Positions 28,788 to 38,791 are shown, numbered from the stretch's first letter. The stretch is DNA of 64,000 nt from an uncultured Candidatus Saccharibacteria bacterium (GCA_965231045.1 OZ246406.1:180295-244294); one strand, 5' to 3'. Numbers and translations: made by a program. Notes: generated by a model from the letters alone, not told the origin.

Positions 28788-28946
28788 CTAAATATGGGCA
28801 ATAATCCAGACTGCACCCGCCAGGGCAAGTATAAAAAGGCCTAGCCCTACAGGTGAGCCCCAACTGAACCATGACCCCCAAGAACGCCAGTTCTTGTGCG
28901 TTTTGTCATACCAGTCGATCTGTTCTTCTTTTGTCATTTTTGACAT
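28788..28946 (-). CDS. Small Trp-rich membrane protein, 52 aa (below the ORF-track cutoff)
   Basis: AAGGAG lies 7 nt before the ATG at 28946. Translation: MSKMTKEEQIDWYDKTHKNWRSWGSWFSWGSPVGLGLFILALAGAVWIIAHI, with one C-terminal TM. Confidence 0.5.
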   Translation of the reverse strand: MSKMTKEEQIDWYDKTHKNWRSWGSWFSWGSPVGLGLFILALAGAVWIIAHI

Positions 28947-29082
28947 CAGATGACTCCTTATTTAGCTAATAATGAGCCTCATAGATAGTGTTTGCCAGCT
29001 GACGGTTATTCCTTTGAGACATTGGCCCGTCAAGAAATCCTGGACTTATTAACAATATAATTATATCAAATAGATAATTCAA

Positions 29083-29157
29083 TGGCTGGGGAGGAGGGAT
29101 TCGAACCCCCGAATGCATGGACCAAAACCATGTGCCTTACCACTTGGCCACTCCCCA
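29083..29157 (-). tRNA. tRNA-Gln (anticodon UUG), CCA encoded
   Basis: The rc reads TGGGGAGTGGCCAAGTGGTAAGGC...UU-UUG-GU...GGTTCGAATCCCTCCTCCCCAGCCA. Confidence 0.95.
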
Positions 29158-29254
29158 ATGTGAACAAGGCTAATACCTTGATTCAGGGGGTAATTGTATC
29201 ATAACCACCGAAGGTATTCCACCTTAGAATATATACAGTTGATACAATTAAGTT

Positions 29255-29503
29255 ATGCCTTTCAATCACTACGTTAAGATAAAAAGAATCCTGCAAGATT
29301 TCCCTAGTAACTGGATTATTAAACGTATTAATAAACCAACTAAAGCTCAGAACTTTAAGGGTGAGGTTATTGAGTTTGATCACTACTACCGCATTTACAC
29401 ATTAGATGGGCAACCAATCAAATATTGTAAGTTCCAGCAAATAGAACGACTAGCTAAAACTTTGAACATGCCAGTCGAATCACTCCCAATAATCGAAGAG
29501 TAA
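29255..29503 (+). CDS. hypothetical protein, 82 aa
   Basis: Intact ORF. TACAAT lies 6 nt upstream of the ATG. No motif recognised. Confidence 0.4.
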   Translation: MPFNHYVKIKRILQDFPSNWIIKRINKPTKAQNFKGEVIEFDHYYRIYTLDGQPIKYCKFQQIERLAKTLNMPVESLPIIEE

Positions 29504-29543
29504 TAAAAACTACAGATTTATTTTGTAAAGTCACAAGTGCAGA

Positions 29544-30365
29544 ATGTACAATAAACATATGCACGTTTATGAGCCTAAAGTACCAAAACACAAGAAAAAT
29601 CTGAAGGTACTTTTGTCTCTCCTCATTGTGATCGGACTCGTCGGAACAGCTTTTGTTACACGAAATTACAAACAAAAAAAGGATGTACTTAGCAGCCAAA
29701 ATGTTAGTGGTACAAGCAGCGCTAGCACAACTTTGAAGTACCTAAACGGATACGAAATTCAGAAAATTTATGACACGGCACCAAAGCCAAACACCACAGC
29801 ACTTAAAGAATCGCCCGCTATCACGGGATCGAGTGATGTTGATAAACGTATACAACGGATAGCTGAGAGTCGTGGCTACAAATTGCAAAAAGTTCCAACC
29901 GAATCACTAATGACAGTTGATGACGTACGTATACAGCCGCTTGCTGCTGACGGCTGGAAGAAACTCATGAAAGCAGCAGATGTAGATAAAATACCAATAA
30001 TCATTACAGCTGGCTATGTGGGTATTTCTGATCAACGTGATCAATTCGTAGAATTATTTAGAAGTAAGGTTGATGAAGCTAAAGTTACGTCAGGCCAAGT
30101 TGATAATGAAATCAGCTCACTCGTGCAAGCCATTGCCCCGCCAGGATATTCCAGAAATCAAACAGGCTACGCCGTTACCATTAGCTGTGCGGATGGTTCT
30201 AGTAGCTTTGCTAATTCAACATGTAACAAATGGCTGAACTTAAGTAACTATGCCCACGCTCGCCAAGCCGGCTTCTTGCCGTCGTATGCAGATGGCGTTG
30301 GAATGCCAAGCTCAAACCCACAAACTGTGCAATATGTTTGGGTTGGCACAGCTATTACGGACTAA
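29544..30365 (+). CDS. Membrane-anchored VanY/M15B-like protein with all zinc ligands substituted (probable pseudo-peptidase)
   Basis: It aligns by eye to the neighbouring M15 peptidase (AGYVGISDQ vs SGYRSFADQ; GYSRNQTGYAVT vs GHSEHQTGLAAD; TVQYVWVG vs EPWHFRYVG). The H, D and H ligands are replaced by N, T and Y. Confidence 0.5.
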   Translation: MYNKHMHVYEPKVPKHKKNLKVLLSLLIVIGLVGTAFVTRNYKQKKDVLSSQNVSGTSSASTTLKYLNGYEIQKIYDTAPKPNTTALKESPAITGSSDVDKRIQRIAESRGYKLQKVPTESLMTVDDVRIQPLAADGWKKLMKAADVDKIPIIITAGYVGISDQRDQFVELFRSKVDEAKVTSGQVDNEISSLVQAIAPPGYSRNQTGYAVTISCADGSSSFANSTCNKWLNLSNYAHARQAGFLPSYADGVGMPSSNPQTVQYVWVGTAITD

Positions 30366-31090
30366 TTGTAGCTAGGCGCGGGTTCGAGACCAAAAAACTC
30401 TTCTAACGTCTTATTTGTTCTATTAACTTCAGCTGCCAAGTCTTTGCCAACATACCGGAAATGCCATGGCTCATACTCATAGCCAACAATGTGTTGTGAA
30501 CCTTTAGGATAGCGTAAGATAAATCCATATTTTGGCGCGTGTGTGACCAGCCATTTAGCTGCGTTAGTGTCGCCAAAACATGTCTCAAGCTCACATTTAC
30601 GGTCTATTGTGCCGAAGTCGGCTGCTAGGCCTGTTTGGTGCTCACTATGGCCTGGACGGGCGCTAGTTGCATCAGCTTTTGCTTGACCATCCTGGGCAAC
30701 AAAACTCTGGTAAACAGCTTGTTGGTCAGCAAACGACCGATACCCGCTCACCAGCATTAAATTTATACCCTCCCTTTTAGCGTCGGCGACCATGGTTTCA
30801 GAAGCAGTTGCGGCCTCATCACGGAGCTTCATTTCAGGGCTACCAGCGTCTAGCCTCAAGGGAACATTCGGGTTTCTCAGGTTAGATGGCACATATGCAC
30901 TAGGCAGTGCTTTATGCTTATTGACAATTACCCAAAGGCTAGCCGGATCAGTTGTTGAGTTAGCGTTCTTATTAAAAGTGTGTTGTTTAGATGCCTTCTC
31001 TTCACTGGATTGGCTCATTCTTTTTTGAGTTAACCACCATGTGCCACAGATAGCTAGAATAATTATACTGATGGTCAGTAGTTTCTTCAT
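30362..31090 (-). CDS. D-alanyl-D-alanine carboxypeptidase, M15B (VanY-like)
   Basis: Signal/TM. SGYRS, SEHQTGLAAD and EPWHFRYVG motifs. Confidence 0.85.
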   Translation of the reverse strand: MKKLLTISIIILAICGTWWLTQKRMSQSSEEKASKQHTFNKNANSTTDPASLWVIVNKHKALPSAYVPSNLRNPNVPLRLDAGSPEMKLRDEAATASETMVADAKREGINLMLVSGYRSFADQQAVYQSFVAQDGQAKADATSARPGHSEHQTGLAADFGTIDRKCELETCFGDTNAAKWLVTHAPKYGFILRYPKGSQHIVGYEYEPWHFRYVGKDLAAEVNRTNKTLEEFFGLEPAPSYN

Positions 31091-31173
31091 ACCATGCCAT
31101 TATACCCCATGAACTATTTCCGCTTATTCTTGTGTCCCTTACCTTATTGTTGTACAGTTTTAGCAGCTTTATT

Positions 31174-32109
31174 ATGCCAAAAACAACGGATATAAACTTA
31201 GCCGACTATATTACCCCATTGCACATGAATGGTCTTAAGGGGCGTGTTCTTCACTTGCCTGCTCCTAAACATAAGAAGCGGGATATATTGGTAGTTTATG
31301 GATTGCACTCAAGCATTGAGCGCTGGTTTGGTATTGCCGAAAATCTAAACAAGTACGGTTCAGTGACAGTTCCTGATTTGCCTGGCTTTGGTGGCATGGA
31401 TAGCTTTTATTCAATTGGTGAAAAACCAACCCTTGATAATCTGGCTGATTATCTTGCAGCATTTGTTCAACTAAAGTTCAAACGTAAGCGCATCACAATT
31501 ATTGGTATGTCATATGGCTTTTTGATCGTGACCAGAATGCTACAGAAATATCCAAAGCTGGTAGACAAAGTTGATTTAGTTGTGAGCTTCGTTGGTTTTG
31601 TGCATCATGATGATTTCCATATGAAAAAGACAGACTTTTATATGCTAAAGGCAGTGTCATGGATGGGATGCAATAGAGTCTTTGCAGGTTTTGTCAAAAC
31701 GTTCATATTTACTAGACCTATTATTAATGCAACATATCGATTAACTGCTAAAAATCACCGTAAGATGCATGATGCTGATAAAGAAGAGTTGGAACGACGT
31801 ATTGATTTTGAAGTAGAGCTATGGAAAATGAATGAACCTCACACAAAAGGACGTGTGGTTTTTGATATGTTAAGGGTTAACTTGTGTAATCAGCAGATAA
31901 AGCTGCCGGTCGTACACGTTGGCATAGCCGATGATCATTTCTTTGACAATCACGTTGTAGAACAACACATGAGGGTTATATACAGTGGCTTTGAATACAT
32001 TCCAGCGGTTATTGACGGTAAGCATGCCCCAACAGTGATAGCTAGTGCAAAAGAGTCGGCACAATTCGTTCCAAAACGATTACGACAGTTATTAGCCAAG
32101 CAAAAGTAA
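31174..32109 (+). CDS. Alpha/beta-fold hydrolase
   Basis: Nucleophile elbow GMSYG and an HG-type oxyanion region VVYGLHSS. Start taken at 31174. Confidence 0.65.
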   Translation: MPKTTDINLADYITPLHMNGLKGRVLHLPAPKHKKRDILVVYGLHSSIERWFGIAENLNKYGSVTVPDLPGFGGMDSFYSIGEKPTLDNLADYLAAFVQLKFKRKRITIIGMSYGFLIVTRMLQKYPKLVDKVDLVVSFVGFVHHDDFHMKKTDFYMLKAVSWMGCNRVFAGFVKTFIFTRPIINATYRLTAKNHRKMHDADKEELERRIDFEVELWKMNEPHTKGRVVFDMLRVNLCNQQIKLPVVHVGIADDHFFDNHVVEQHMRVIYSGFEYIPAVIDGKHAPTVIASAKESAQFVPKRLRQLLAKQK

Positions 32110-32127
32110 GCTATAATACTAATAGTT

Positions 32128-33252
32128 ATGAAAATTGGGCTAATCTGTCCTTATAACATGTTTAAAGGCGGTGGTGTACAGGAGTGTATCCTGGCCATGC
32201 AAGCCGAGCTAAAAGCACGTGGTCACGATGCGCTTATTATTACGCCTAAACCTCGTGACTTTTCTGGTGAGCAACCTGACTCAATGATTCTGGTGGGTAC
32301 GGCAACTGATGTGAAGTCGCCCTTCCATACAACTGCGCAAGTTTCTGTCAGTGTTGAGCCAGACGAACTAGATAAACTACTGTCAAATCACAAGTTTGAT
32401 GTACTTCATTTCCATGAACCCTGGGTGCCAATTGTTAGCCGACAACTATTAATCCGTTCCAATGCTGCAAACATCGCCACCTTTCATGCCAAACTACCTG
32501 GCACTGTTATGAGTCGAACTATCGAAAAAGTTATCACACCCTACACGACGTCAATTCTTAAGTATCTTAATGAACTGGTTGCAGTATCTGATGCTGCAGC
32601 TGAGTACGTAAAAACTCTTGATAAGCGAAGCCCGCATATTATTCCAAACGGTATCAATCTAGAAAAATACAAAAAGCCTGCTAAAAAAGAAAACAAAGGT
32701 AAGACAATTCTATACATTGGACGCTTAGAAAGGCGCAAAGGTGTGAAGTACTTACTAAAAGCCTTCAAACGACTTTTAGACGTTAACCCTGACGTACAAC
32801 TGATAATTGCTGGCGATGGTGTGGATCGAACTAAGCTCGAACTTTACGTTAAAGATAACAATATCAAAAATGTTACCTTCAAAGGTTTTGTAAGTGATGA
32901 TGAAAAAATTAAACTCTTGCATGAGGCTGACTTATTCTGTTCGCCCGCGGTATTTGGTGAAAGTTTTGGGATTGTATTACTCGAAGCTATGGCCAGCGGT
33001 TGCGTAGTAGTCGCAGGTGATAACCCCGGGTACAAGTCGGTAATGCAGGGTCGTGGCAAACTTTCGTTAGTTGATCCAAAAGAAACTGGTGAATTCACTC
33101 GTCGACTCGACGTGTTATTACATGACGAAGAGTTACGCTCAATATGGCTTGAGTGGGCAGAAAACTATGTACAAGATTTCAGTTACGACAAGATTGTTGA
33201 TAAGTATGAGCAACTTTACCAAAAAGCACTTAAGCATAAATCAGTAACCTAG
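32128..33252 (+). CDS. Glycosyltransferase family 4 (GT-B)
   Basis: GGVQ N-terminal motif and the C-terminal E-x7-E type motif GESFGIVLLEAMASG. Confidence 0.85.
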   Translation: MKIGLICPYNMFKGGGVQECILAMQAELKARGHDALIITPKPRDFSGEQPDSMILVGTATDVKSPFHTTAQVSVSVEPDELDKLLSNHKFDVLHFHEPWVPIVSRQLLIRSNAANIATFHAKLPGTVMSRTIEKVITPYTTSILKYLNELVAVSDAAAEYVKTLDKRSPHIIPNGINLEKYKKPAKKENKGKTILYIGRLERRKGVKYLLKAFKRLLDVNPDVQLIIAGDGVDRTKLELYVKDNNIKNVTFKGFVSDDEKIKLLHEADLFCSPAVFGESFGIVLLEAMASGCVVVAGDNPGYKSVMQGRGKLSLVDPKETGEFTRRLDVLLHDEELRSIWLEWAENYVQDFSYDKIVDKYEQLYQKALKHKSVT

Positions 33253-33253
33253 T

Positions 33254-34384
33254 ATGAAAATTGGTTTTGTAGTTGATGACACTTTGGATAAACCTGATGG
33301 GGTTCAGCAATATGTTTTAACGCTTGGTTCATGGTTACAAAAACAGGGCCATGATGTTCATTATTTAGTTGGCGAGAGTTACCGTGACGACCTCAATAAT
33401 GTCCATAGTCTTAGTAAGAATGTTAGTGTACGATTTAACAAAAATCGGCTTTCAATACCCCTGCCTGCCTCAAAAAGTAAGATACGTACCGTACTGCAAA
33501 GGGAAAACTATGATGTTCTACATGTGCAAATGCCACATAGCCCACTATTGGCCGCCAAAGTAGTAAAGTTGGCTTATCAAAATACAGCCATCATCGGCAC
33601 ATTCCATATTGCGCCATTTTCTTCAGTTGAAACGACAGCCACGAGAGCACTTGGTGTTCTGCTGAAACGGAACCTAGGCTATTTTGACCAAATAATTAGT
33701 GTCTCAACAGCTGCTCAGAACTTCGCCAAGCAAACATTCAAGATTAATTCGATAGTTTTGCCTAATGTAGTTGATCTAGACAGTTTTAAGGTTAAGATAA
33801 AAAAAGCTGAACCCAAGACCATTACCTTTTTGGGGCGACTAGTCCCCCGGAAGGGCTGCCAACATTTGCTCCATGCTATCTCCTTGCTTGACCAAAAGCA
33901 TCCGGATACAAAATATTTCCTGCGAATTTGTGGTGACGGACCAGACAGAGGAAAATTATGGAATTTACGCCAGAAACTAGCAATACTTGATAATTTTAAG
34001 TTTACTGGCAAAGTTAGCGAAGAAGATAAGAAGAAATACTTAGCTGACAGCCATATTGCAGTATTCCCTTCTACTGGAGGTGAGAGTTTCGGAATTGTAC
34101 TTATTGAAGCCATGGCTGCAGGATCAACAATCGTGCTTGGTGGTAATAATTCAGGTTATAAAACTGTGCTCGGAGATGTCCCAGAAAGTATTTTTGACCC
34201 GCAGGACTACGATACTTTTGCAGATAAGTTAAACAAGTTTTTAACTGACGAAAAACTAACAAAAGAAATTCATCAAAAGCAGCAAGAACTAGTAAAACAG
34301 TACGATGCTGCCGTCGTTGGACCCAAGGTAGTTAATCTCTATAAAGAAGCAATTGCAAAAAAGTCGAGGGAGCATCATAATTAA
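33254..34384 (+). CDS. Glycosyltransferase family 4 (GT-B), paralog
   Basis: DGVQQYV and GGESFGIVLIEAMAAG. It starts 1 nt after the previous GT4 gene. Confidence 0.85.
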   Translation: MKIGFVVDDTLDKPDGVQQYVLTLGSWLQKQGHDVHYLVGESYRDDLNNVHSLSKNVSVRFNKNRLSIPLPASKSKIRTVLQRENYDVLHVQMPHSPLLAAKVVKLAYQNTAIIGTFHIAPFSSVETTATRALGVLLKRNLGYFDQIISVSTAAQNFAKQTFKINSIVLPNVVDLDSFKVKIKKAEPKTITFLGRLVPRKGCQHLLHAISLLDQKHPDTKYFLRICGDGPDRGKLWNLRQKLAILDNFKFTGKVSEEDKKKYLADSHIAVFPSTGGESFGIVLIEAMAAGSTIVLGGNNSGYKTVLGDVPESIFDPQDYDTFADKLNKFLTDEKLTKEIHQKQQELVKQYDAAVVGPKVVNLYKEAIAKKSREHHN

Positions 34385-34388
34385 GCTT

Positions 34389-35480
34389 ATGTCAAAAAAT
34401 GATACGGTCGATGTTAGCTTTTCTAACCGTACCATCATCCGAATAATTGTACTTGTTACTTTATCAGTCTTAGCTCTTCGCTTTCTCGCGAAGGTTGCGC
34501 ATCCATTGACGCTAATATTTATTGCCGGATTTCTAGCGATTGCTTTGAACCCTGCTGTTAGTTGGATTGCTAAACGTCTTAAGAGCAAAAGTCGGATTCG
34601 TGCAACCGGTGTTGCTTATTTGATAGTTGTGACACTGATCATTGGTTTTTTATGGCTAGTTATTCCACCAATCGTCCGACAAGGGGTTCAGTTTGCTAAA
34701 GATTTGCCGACGAGTACCTATGAACTACAGACAAAAAATACCGCGACTTCTCGCTTTATAAAAAGGTACCATTTGGGTGCGACTCTAGATAAGACAACCT
34801 CAAAGATAAAAAGTAACATTGATAATCTTGATTCATCCGCTGTCACAACTGCAGGTAGGGTTGGTAGCGTTGTCGCTTCAGTAGTTACTGTTTTTGTGCT
34901 TACTTTTATGATGCTTGTAGAAGGTCCTGTATGGCTCAATAAAATGTGGAGCATGCAGGATTCTGATAAGGTTGCAAAACGAAAACATACTGTACACCGC
35001 ATGTATCGTGTTATCACGGGTTACGTGAATGGGCAGTTACTGTTAGCAATTTTGGCTGGAACATTTGCACTGATTGCCCTATTGATAACTAGTTCACTTC
35101 TTAATGTGAGTATTAATGCGGTAGTTTATGCGTGTATCGTGACACTTTTTGGCCTCATTCCCCTTATTGGTAACATGATGGCAGCAGCAGTTGTGGTTAT
35201 ATTGTGTGCATTTGCATCACTGCCACTGGCCATAATTATGCTCATATACTTCATTGTTTATATGCAAATTGAAAACGCAACACTTCAACCCTATATACAG
35301 GCTAAACAAAATGAGCTTACACCATTGCTGGTTTTGTGTGCCGCACTAATTGGGGCTGGGTTTGGCGGGCTGTTAGGCGCTTTAGTCGCCATACCAGCCG
35401 TTGGATGTCTCAAGGTTTTTATTACCGAATTTTATGGTGATAGATTAAAACTTACTAAAGAAGAAGTCGACACCAAGTAA
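34389..35480 (+). CDS. AI-2E family transporter (PerM-like permease)
   Basis: Seven or eight TM helices with the characteristic IPLIGN and LLGALVAIP segments. ATG at 34389. Confidence 0.8.
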   Translation: MSKNDTVDVSFSNRTIIRIIVLVTLSVLALRFLAKVAHPLTLIFIAGFLAIALNPAVSWIAKRLKSKSRIRATGVAYLIVVTLIIGFLWLVIPPIVRQGVQFAKDLPTSTYELQTKNTATSRFIKRYHLGATLDKTTSKIKSNIDNLDSSAVTTAGRVGSVVASVVTVFVLTFMMLVEGPVWLNKMWSMQDSDKVAKRKHTVHRMYRVITGYVNGQLLLAILAGTFALIALLITSSLLNVSINAVVYACIVTLFGLIPLIGNMMAAAVVVILCAFASLPLAIIMLIYFIVYMQIENATLQPYIQAKQNELTPLLVLCAALIGAGFGGLLGALVAIPAVGCLKVFITEFYGDRLKLTKEEVDTK

Positions 35481-35484
35481 TTTG

Positions 35485-36873
35485 TTAAATACGACTCCAA
35501 ATTTGACCGTATGATGTATCTCGGATTTCAAGACCATCTTTTTTGAGTCGATCTCTTAGTTGATCTGCCTTCGCATAATCTTTATCATCCTTAGCTTTTT
35601 GACGCTGAGCAAGAAGATCTTTTTGTACATCCGATATATCTTTGCTTGATGCTAAGTCAAGACCTAGAAGTTGGTCAATGTATTTAGAAAGCTCATTAAT
35701 TGAATAACTATCTGCGTCTAAATCGTCTACTCTACTTATAGCGCCATTTATAAAGCCCAATACTTTTGGTGTATTTAGATCATCACTAATTTCTTTATTT
35801 ATAGCCTTTTTTACCTCGATGTAGTTTGTGTTAAGCTTTGTTGACTTCAAACCCTGGAATCTCATATCAGCCCATGAACGGAACTCTTTTAGCCTGTTTT
35901 GAGCGGCTTCTAGGTTATCCCAGCTAAAGTGAGCTTCTGTACGATAATGAGACTGTAAAACGAGAAGTCTAAAGGCCATCAAGTCAAAACCTTTTTTCTC
36001 AATGTCCTCTAGCGTGTAGAAGTTCTGAGCTGATTTAGACATCTTTTTACCATCAACTAGTATGAAATTCATGTGTAGCCAAAACTTACCAAAAGGCTTA
36101 CCAGTTGCAGCTTCGCTCTGGGCGATTTCATTAGTATGGTGAACAGGAATATGGTCAATCCCGCCAGCATGAATATCAAGTGTCTCACCTAGGTACTTCA
36201 TGCCCATGGCAGAACACTCCAGGTGCCAACCTGGGAATCCCTTGCCCCATGGGCTATCCCATTCCATGTCACGTTTTTCATCTTTAGGAGAAAACTTCCA
36301 AAGTGCAAAGTCACTGGCGTTACGCTTTTGTTTATTCACTTCAACCCGTGCGCCTTCTTTTTGATGTTCTAGATCAAGTTCAGCCATCTTCCCATAGTCC
36401 GCAAATGTTGATGTATCAAAGTAAACGCCATCATCAATTACGTATGTATGACCTTTTTCTTCTAGTCTCTTGACTAGCTCGATTTGCACATCAATGTTTT
36501 CAGTGGCTTTCGGTAGCTCGGTTGGCTGATCGATATTTAGACGTTTTAAGCCAGCTTCAAAATAGTCAGTATACTTTTTGGCCACATCCCAAGCTGTTTT
36601 GCCTTCACGTTTGGCACCTTTTTCTAGCTTGTCTTCACCCTCATCAGCATCGCTAACTAGGTGACCAACATCAGTAATGTTCATCACCCAGTCAACTTTA
36701 AAACCATTGGCTCTCAGAACCCGATTAATTAAATCGTATCTTATAAATGTATACCAGTTTCCAATGTGCGGAAAATCATATACTGTTGGCCCACAACTGT
36801 AAAAAGTAACCTTCGGGGGATTCTGCGGAGTAAATTCTTCTAATTTTCGACCAAGTGTATTGTATAGTTTCAT
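35485..36873 (-). CDS. cysS: Cysteine--tRNA ligase
   Basis: HIGN and KMSKS class I motifs. CGPTVYD N-terminus. Confidence 0.95.
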   Translation of the reverse strand: MKLYNTLGRKLEEFTPQNPPKVTFYSCGPTVYDFPHIGNWYTFIRYDLINRVLRANGFKVDWVMNITDVGHLVSDADEGEDKLEKGAKREGKTAWDVAKKYTDYFEAGLKRLNIDQPTELPKATENIDVQIELVKRLEEKGHTYVIDDGVYFDTSTFADYGKMAELDLEHQKEGARVEVNKQKRNASDFALWKFSPKDEKRDMEWDSPWGKGFPGWHLECSAMGMKYLGETLDIHAGGIDHIPVHHTNEIAQSEAATGKPFGKFWLHMNFILVDGKKMSKSAQNFYTLEDIEKKGFDLMAFRLLVLQSHYRTEAHFSWDNLEAAQNRLKEFRSWADMRFQGLKSTKLNTNYIEVKKAINKEISDDLNTPKVLGFINGAISRVDDLDADSYSINELSKYIDQLLGLDLASSKDISDVQKDLLAQRQKAKDDKDYAKADQLRDRLKKDGLEIRDTSYGQIWSRI

Positions 36874-37886
36874 TATTTTTCCTTATCCAGCTTATTCAGT
36901 AATTCAGAAGCAACTTTTATACTCTCTGATTTAATTTCTTCAAAAGATCGGCCATCGGTTATCTTAAAACCACTGGCATAAGGATGACCACCACCACCAA
37001 AGTGTTCGGCCAATTGATTAGCTATGCCTTTACCTTGATTGCATCGTACTTTAGCGGTGACACGGCCATCATTATAAACTTTAAAACCTATTGCTACGTC
37101 GGTATTTTCGGTCAGTCGCATATCTTCCATAACGAGCATGGTCGGATTGTAGGCATGGCTATATTTTTCGATTTCCTTCCACGGGATTGTGACCATTGCG
37201 ATCCGATTATTATCAACATACTCAACACGTTGCAATAGCTCGCCTTTGTAGCGAACGAGTTCGGGACTTTTACGCATCATTTCTCGACGAGCTTCTTCGA
37301 GCTCGGCTAGTTTTACGCCCGCTTCAACAAGCTCACCAATAATATAGATACTACGAGCTGTTACCCCCTCGCTGGTAAGTCCTAAGCTGTCCGATAGAAT
37401 TGATACAGCTAGCATATTGTTTGTTATGTCATTAAGAGGCCAGTCGAGCTCCTTAGAAAGTTCGTAGATTACTTCACCTGTCGAAACCGCTGTCGCATTC
37501 AAAATTACGCTAGCAAAATCAATATTGGCCTCAGTTGTATGATGATCAAGAATAATCATTGGTTTTGCTGCCATCCAAGACAAGTGACCACGTTTCTCGG
37601 CAGTTTCAAGCAACGTTTTAACACTACAATCAACTAAGATGCTGGCATCAAACTTATTAGGCAAATCACGTGTTACTCGATCCCAACCTGAAAGATAGTG
37701 CAAGTATGAAGGTATATCTACTCCACAGTACATAATTGGTTCCTTGCCCATTTCGTGCAAGATTTGCTCGAGCGCTAGACTACTAGCAAGGCTGTCACCA
37801 TCAGGATTATCAGCCTGAATTATGACGATAGTCTTGGCCTCATCAATAATTTGTTTGATTTGTGGAGTTTGTCCGTACTTGGTCAT
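36873..37886 (-). CDS. DHH-family phosphoesterase (NrnA-like nanoRNase/pAp phosphatase)
   Basis: DNPDGDS, LDHH and GGGH motifs. Confidence 0.8.
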   Translation of the reverse strand: MTKYGQTPQIKQIIDEAKTIVIIQADNPDGDSLASSLALEQILHEMGKEPIMYCGVDIPSYLHYLSGWDRVTRDLPNKFDASILVDCSVKTLLETAEKRGHLSWMAAKPMIILDHHTTEANIDFASVILNATAVSTGEVIYELSKELDWPLNDITNNMLAVSILSDSLGLTSEGVTARSIYIIGELVEAGVKLAELEEARREMMRKSPELVRYKGELLQRVEYVDNNRIAMVTIPWKEIEKYSHAYNPTMLVMEDMRLTENTDVAIGFKVYNDGRVTAKVRCNQGKGIANQLAEHFGGGGHPYASGFKITDGRSFEEIKSESIKVASELLNKLDKEK

Positions 37887-38488
37887 AGAGCTTGTCGCCC
37901 TTCTAGTGCTCGTGTGAGCGTTATCTGATCAGCATACTCTAAATCAACCCCTATTGGCAAACCTCGTGCTAATCGAGTAAGTTTTACATTTCTATCGCCA
38001 ATCTCTTGTTGAAGATATAAGGCGGTAGATTCGCCTTCTACACTAGCGTTGGTTGCCAAGATAACTTCTTTTACTTTATCTTCATCAATACGCTTCACCA
38101 GTTCTTTAATATGAAGTTGTTCGGGACTTATCCCATCGATTGGCGAAACTAGGCCTCCTAACACGTGATAAGTACCTTTGTATTGTCCTGTTTTCTCTAA
38201 TGCAATAATGTCAAATGGCTCGGCAACAACAGCAACGACAGTTTTATCGCGGTCGTTTGCGGTGTAAAGATCAGAATACTTCTGCCCTTTTTCAACAAGG
38301 GCATAAGTTTTTTGACAATAGCCAACACTGTCGTGAAGCTTGTTGAGGCTATCACCAAGTGCTTGTGACTTACTCTCATCACTCCGCAGTAGATAGTAGG
38401 CGTAACGTTCTGCCGAGCGCGGTCCAACTCCAGGCAAAACACTGAGATTATCGATTAATTCTTGTAAAGATTTTGGTAGGACCTGCAT
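37883..38488 (-). CDS. recR: Recombination protein RecR (zinc-finger cysteines absent)
   Basis: HhH motif LPGVGPRSAERYAYYLL. Toprim and C-terminal motifs are present. Only one of the four canonical Cys residues is retained. Confidence 0.9.
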   Translation of the reverse strand: MQVLPKSLQELIDNLSVLPGVGPRSAERYAYYLLRSDESKSQALGDSLNKLHDSVGYCQKTYALVEKGQKYSDLYTANDRDKTVVAVVAEPFDIIALEKTGQYKGTYHVLGGLVSPIDGISPEQLHIKELVKRIDEDKVKEVILATNASVEGESTALYLQQEIGDRNVKLTRLARGLPIGVDLEYADQITLTRALEGRQAL

Positions 38489-38497
38489 AGAAGAACC

Positions 38498-38791
38498 CTA
38501 TAAACCAAGATCACCAAGCATGCCCATGAATGGCTGCATCTTTTCAGCTGCAACTTTCTGACTCTCTTGAATAGCTTCCTTGACAGCGTCTTCTACCCAA
38601 CGCTCCAATTCACCAATATCGTCAAGATCTACTGATTCGGGATCAATGTGGATTTTCTTGATTTTTTGTTCACCTGTAATCTCTACGGTGACTGCCCCAT
38701 CACCCTTTTCGACTGTAATTATTTGTTTCTGTAGCTCTTTTTGAATTTTCTTAACTTTTAAAAGCATTTTCGCTTGATCAAAACGACTCAT
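38498..38791 (-). CDS. YbaB/EbfC-family nucleoid-associated protein
   Basis: 97 aa. Pattern KKIQKELQK...V.V.ITG...I..I.IDPE and its position upstream of recR. Confidence 0.85.
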   Translation of the reverse strand: MSRFDQAKMLLKVKKIQKELQKQIITVEKGDGAVTVEITGEQKIKKIHIDPESVDLDDIGELERWVEDAVKEAIQESQKVAAEKMQPFMGMLGDLGL

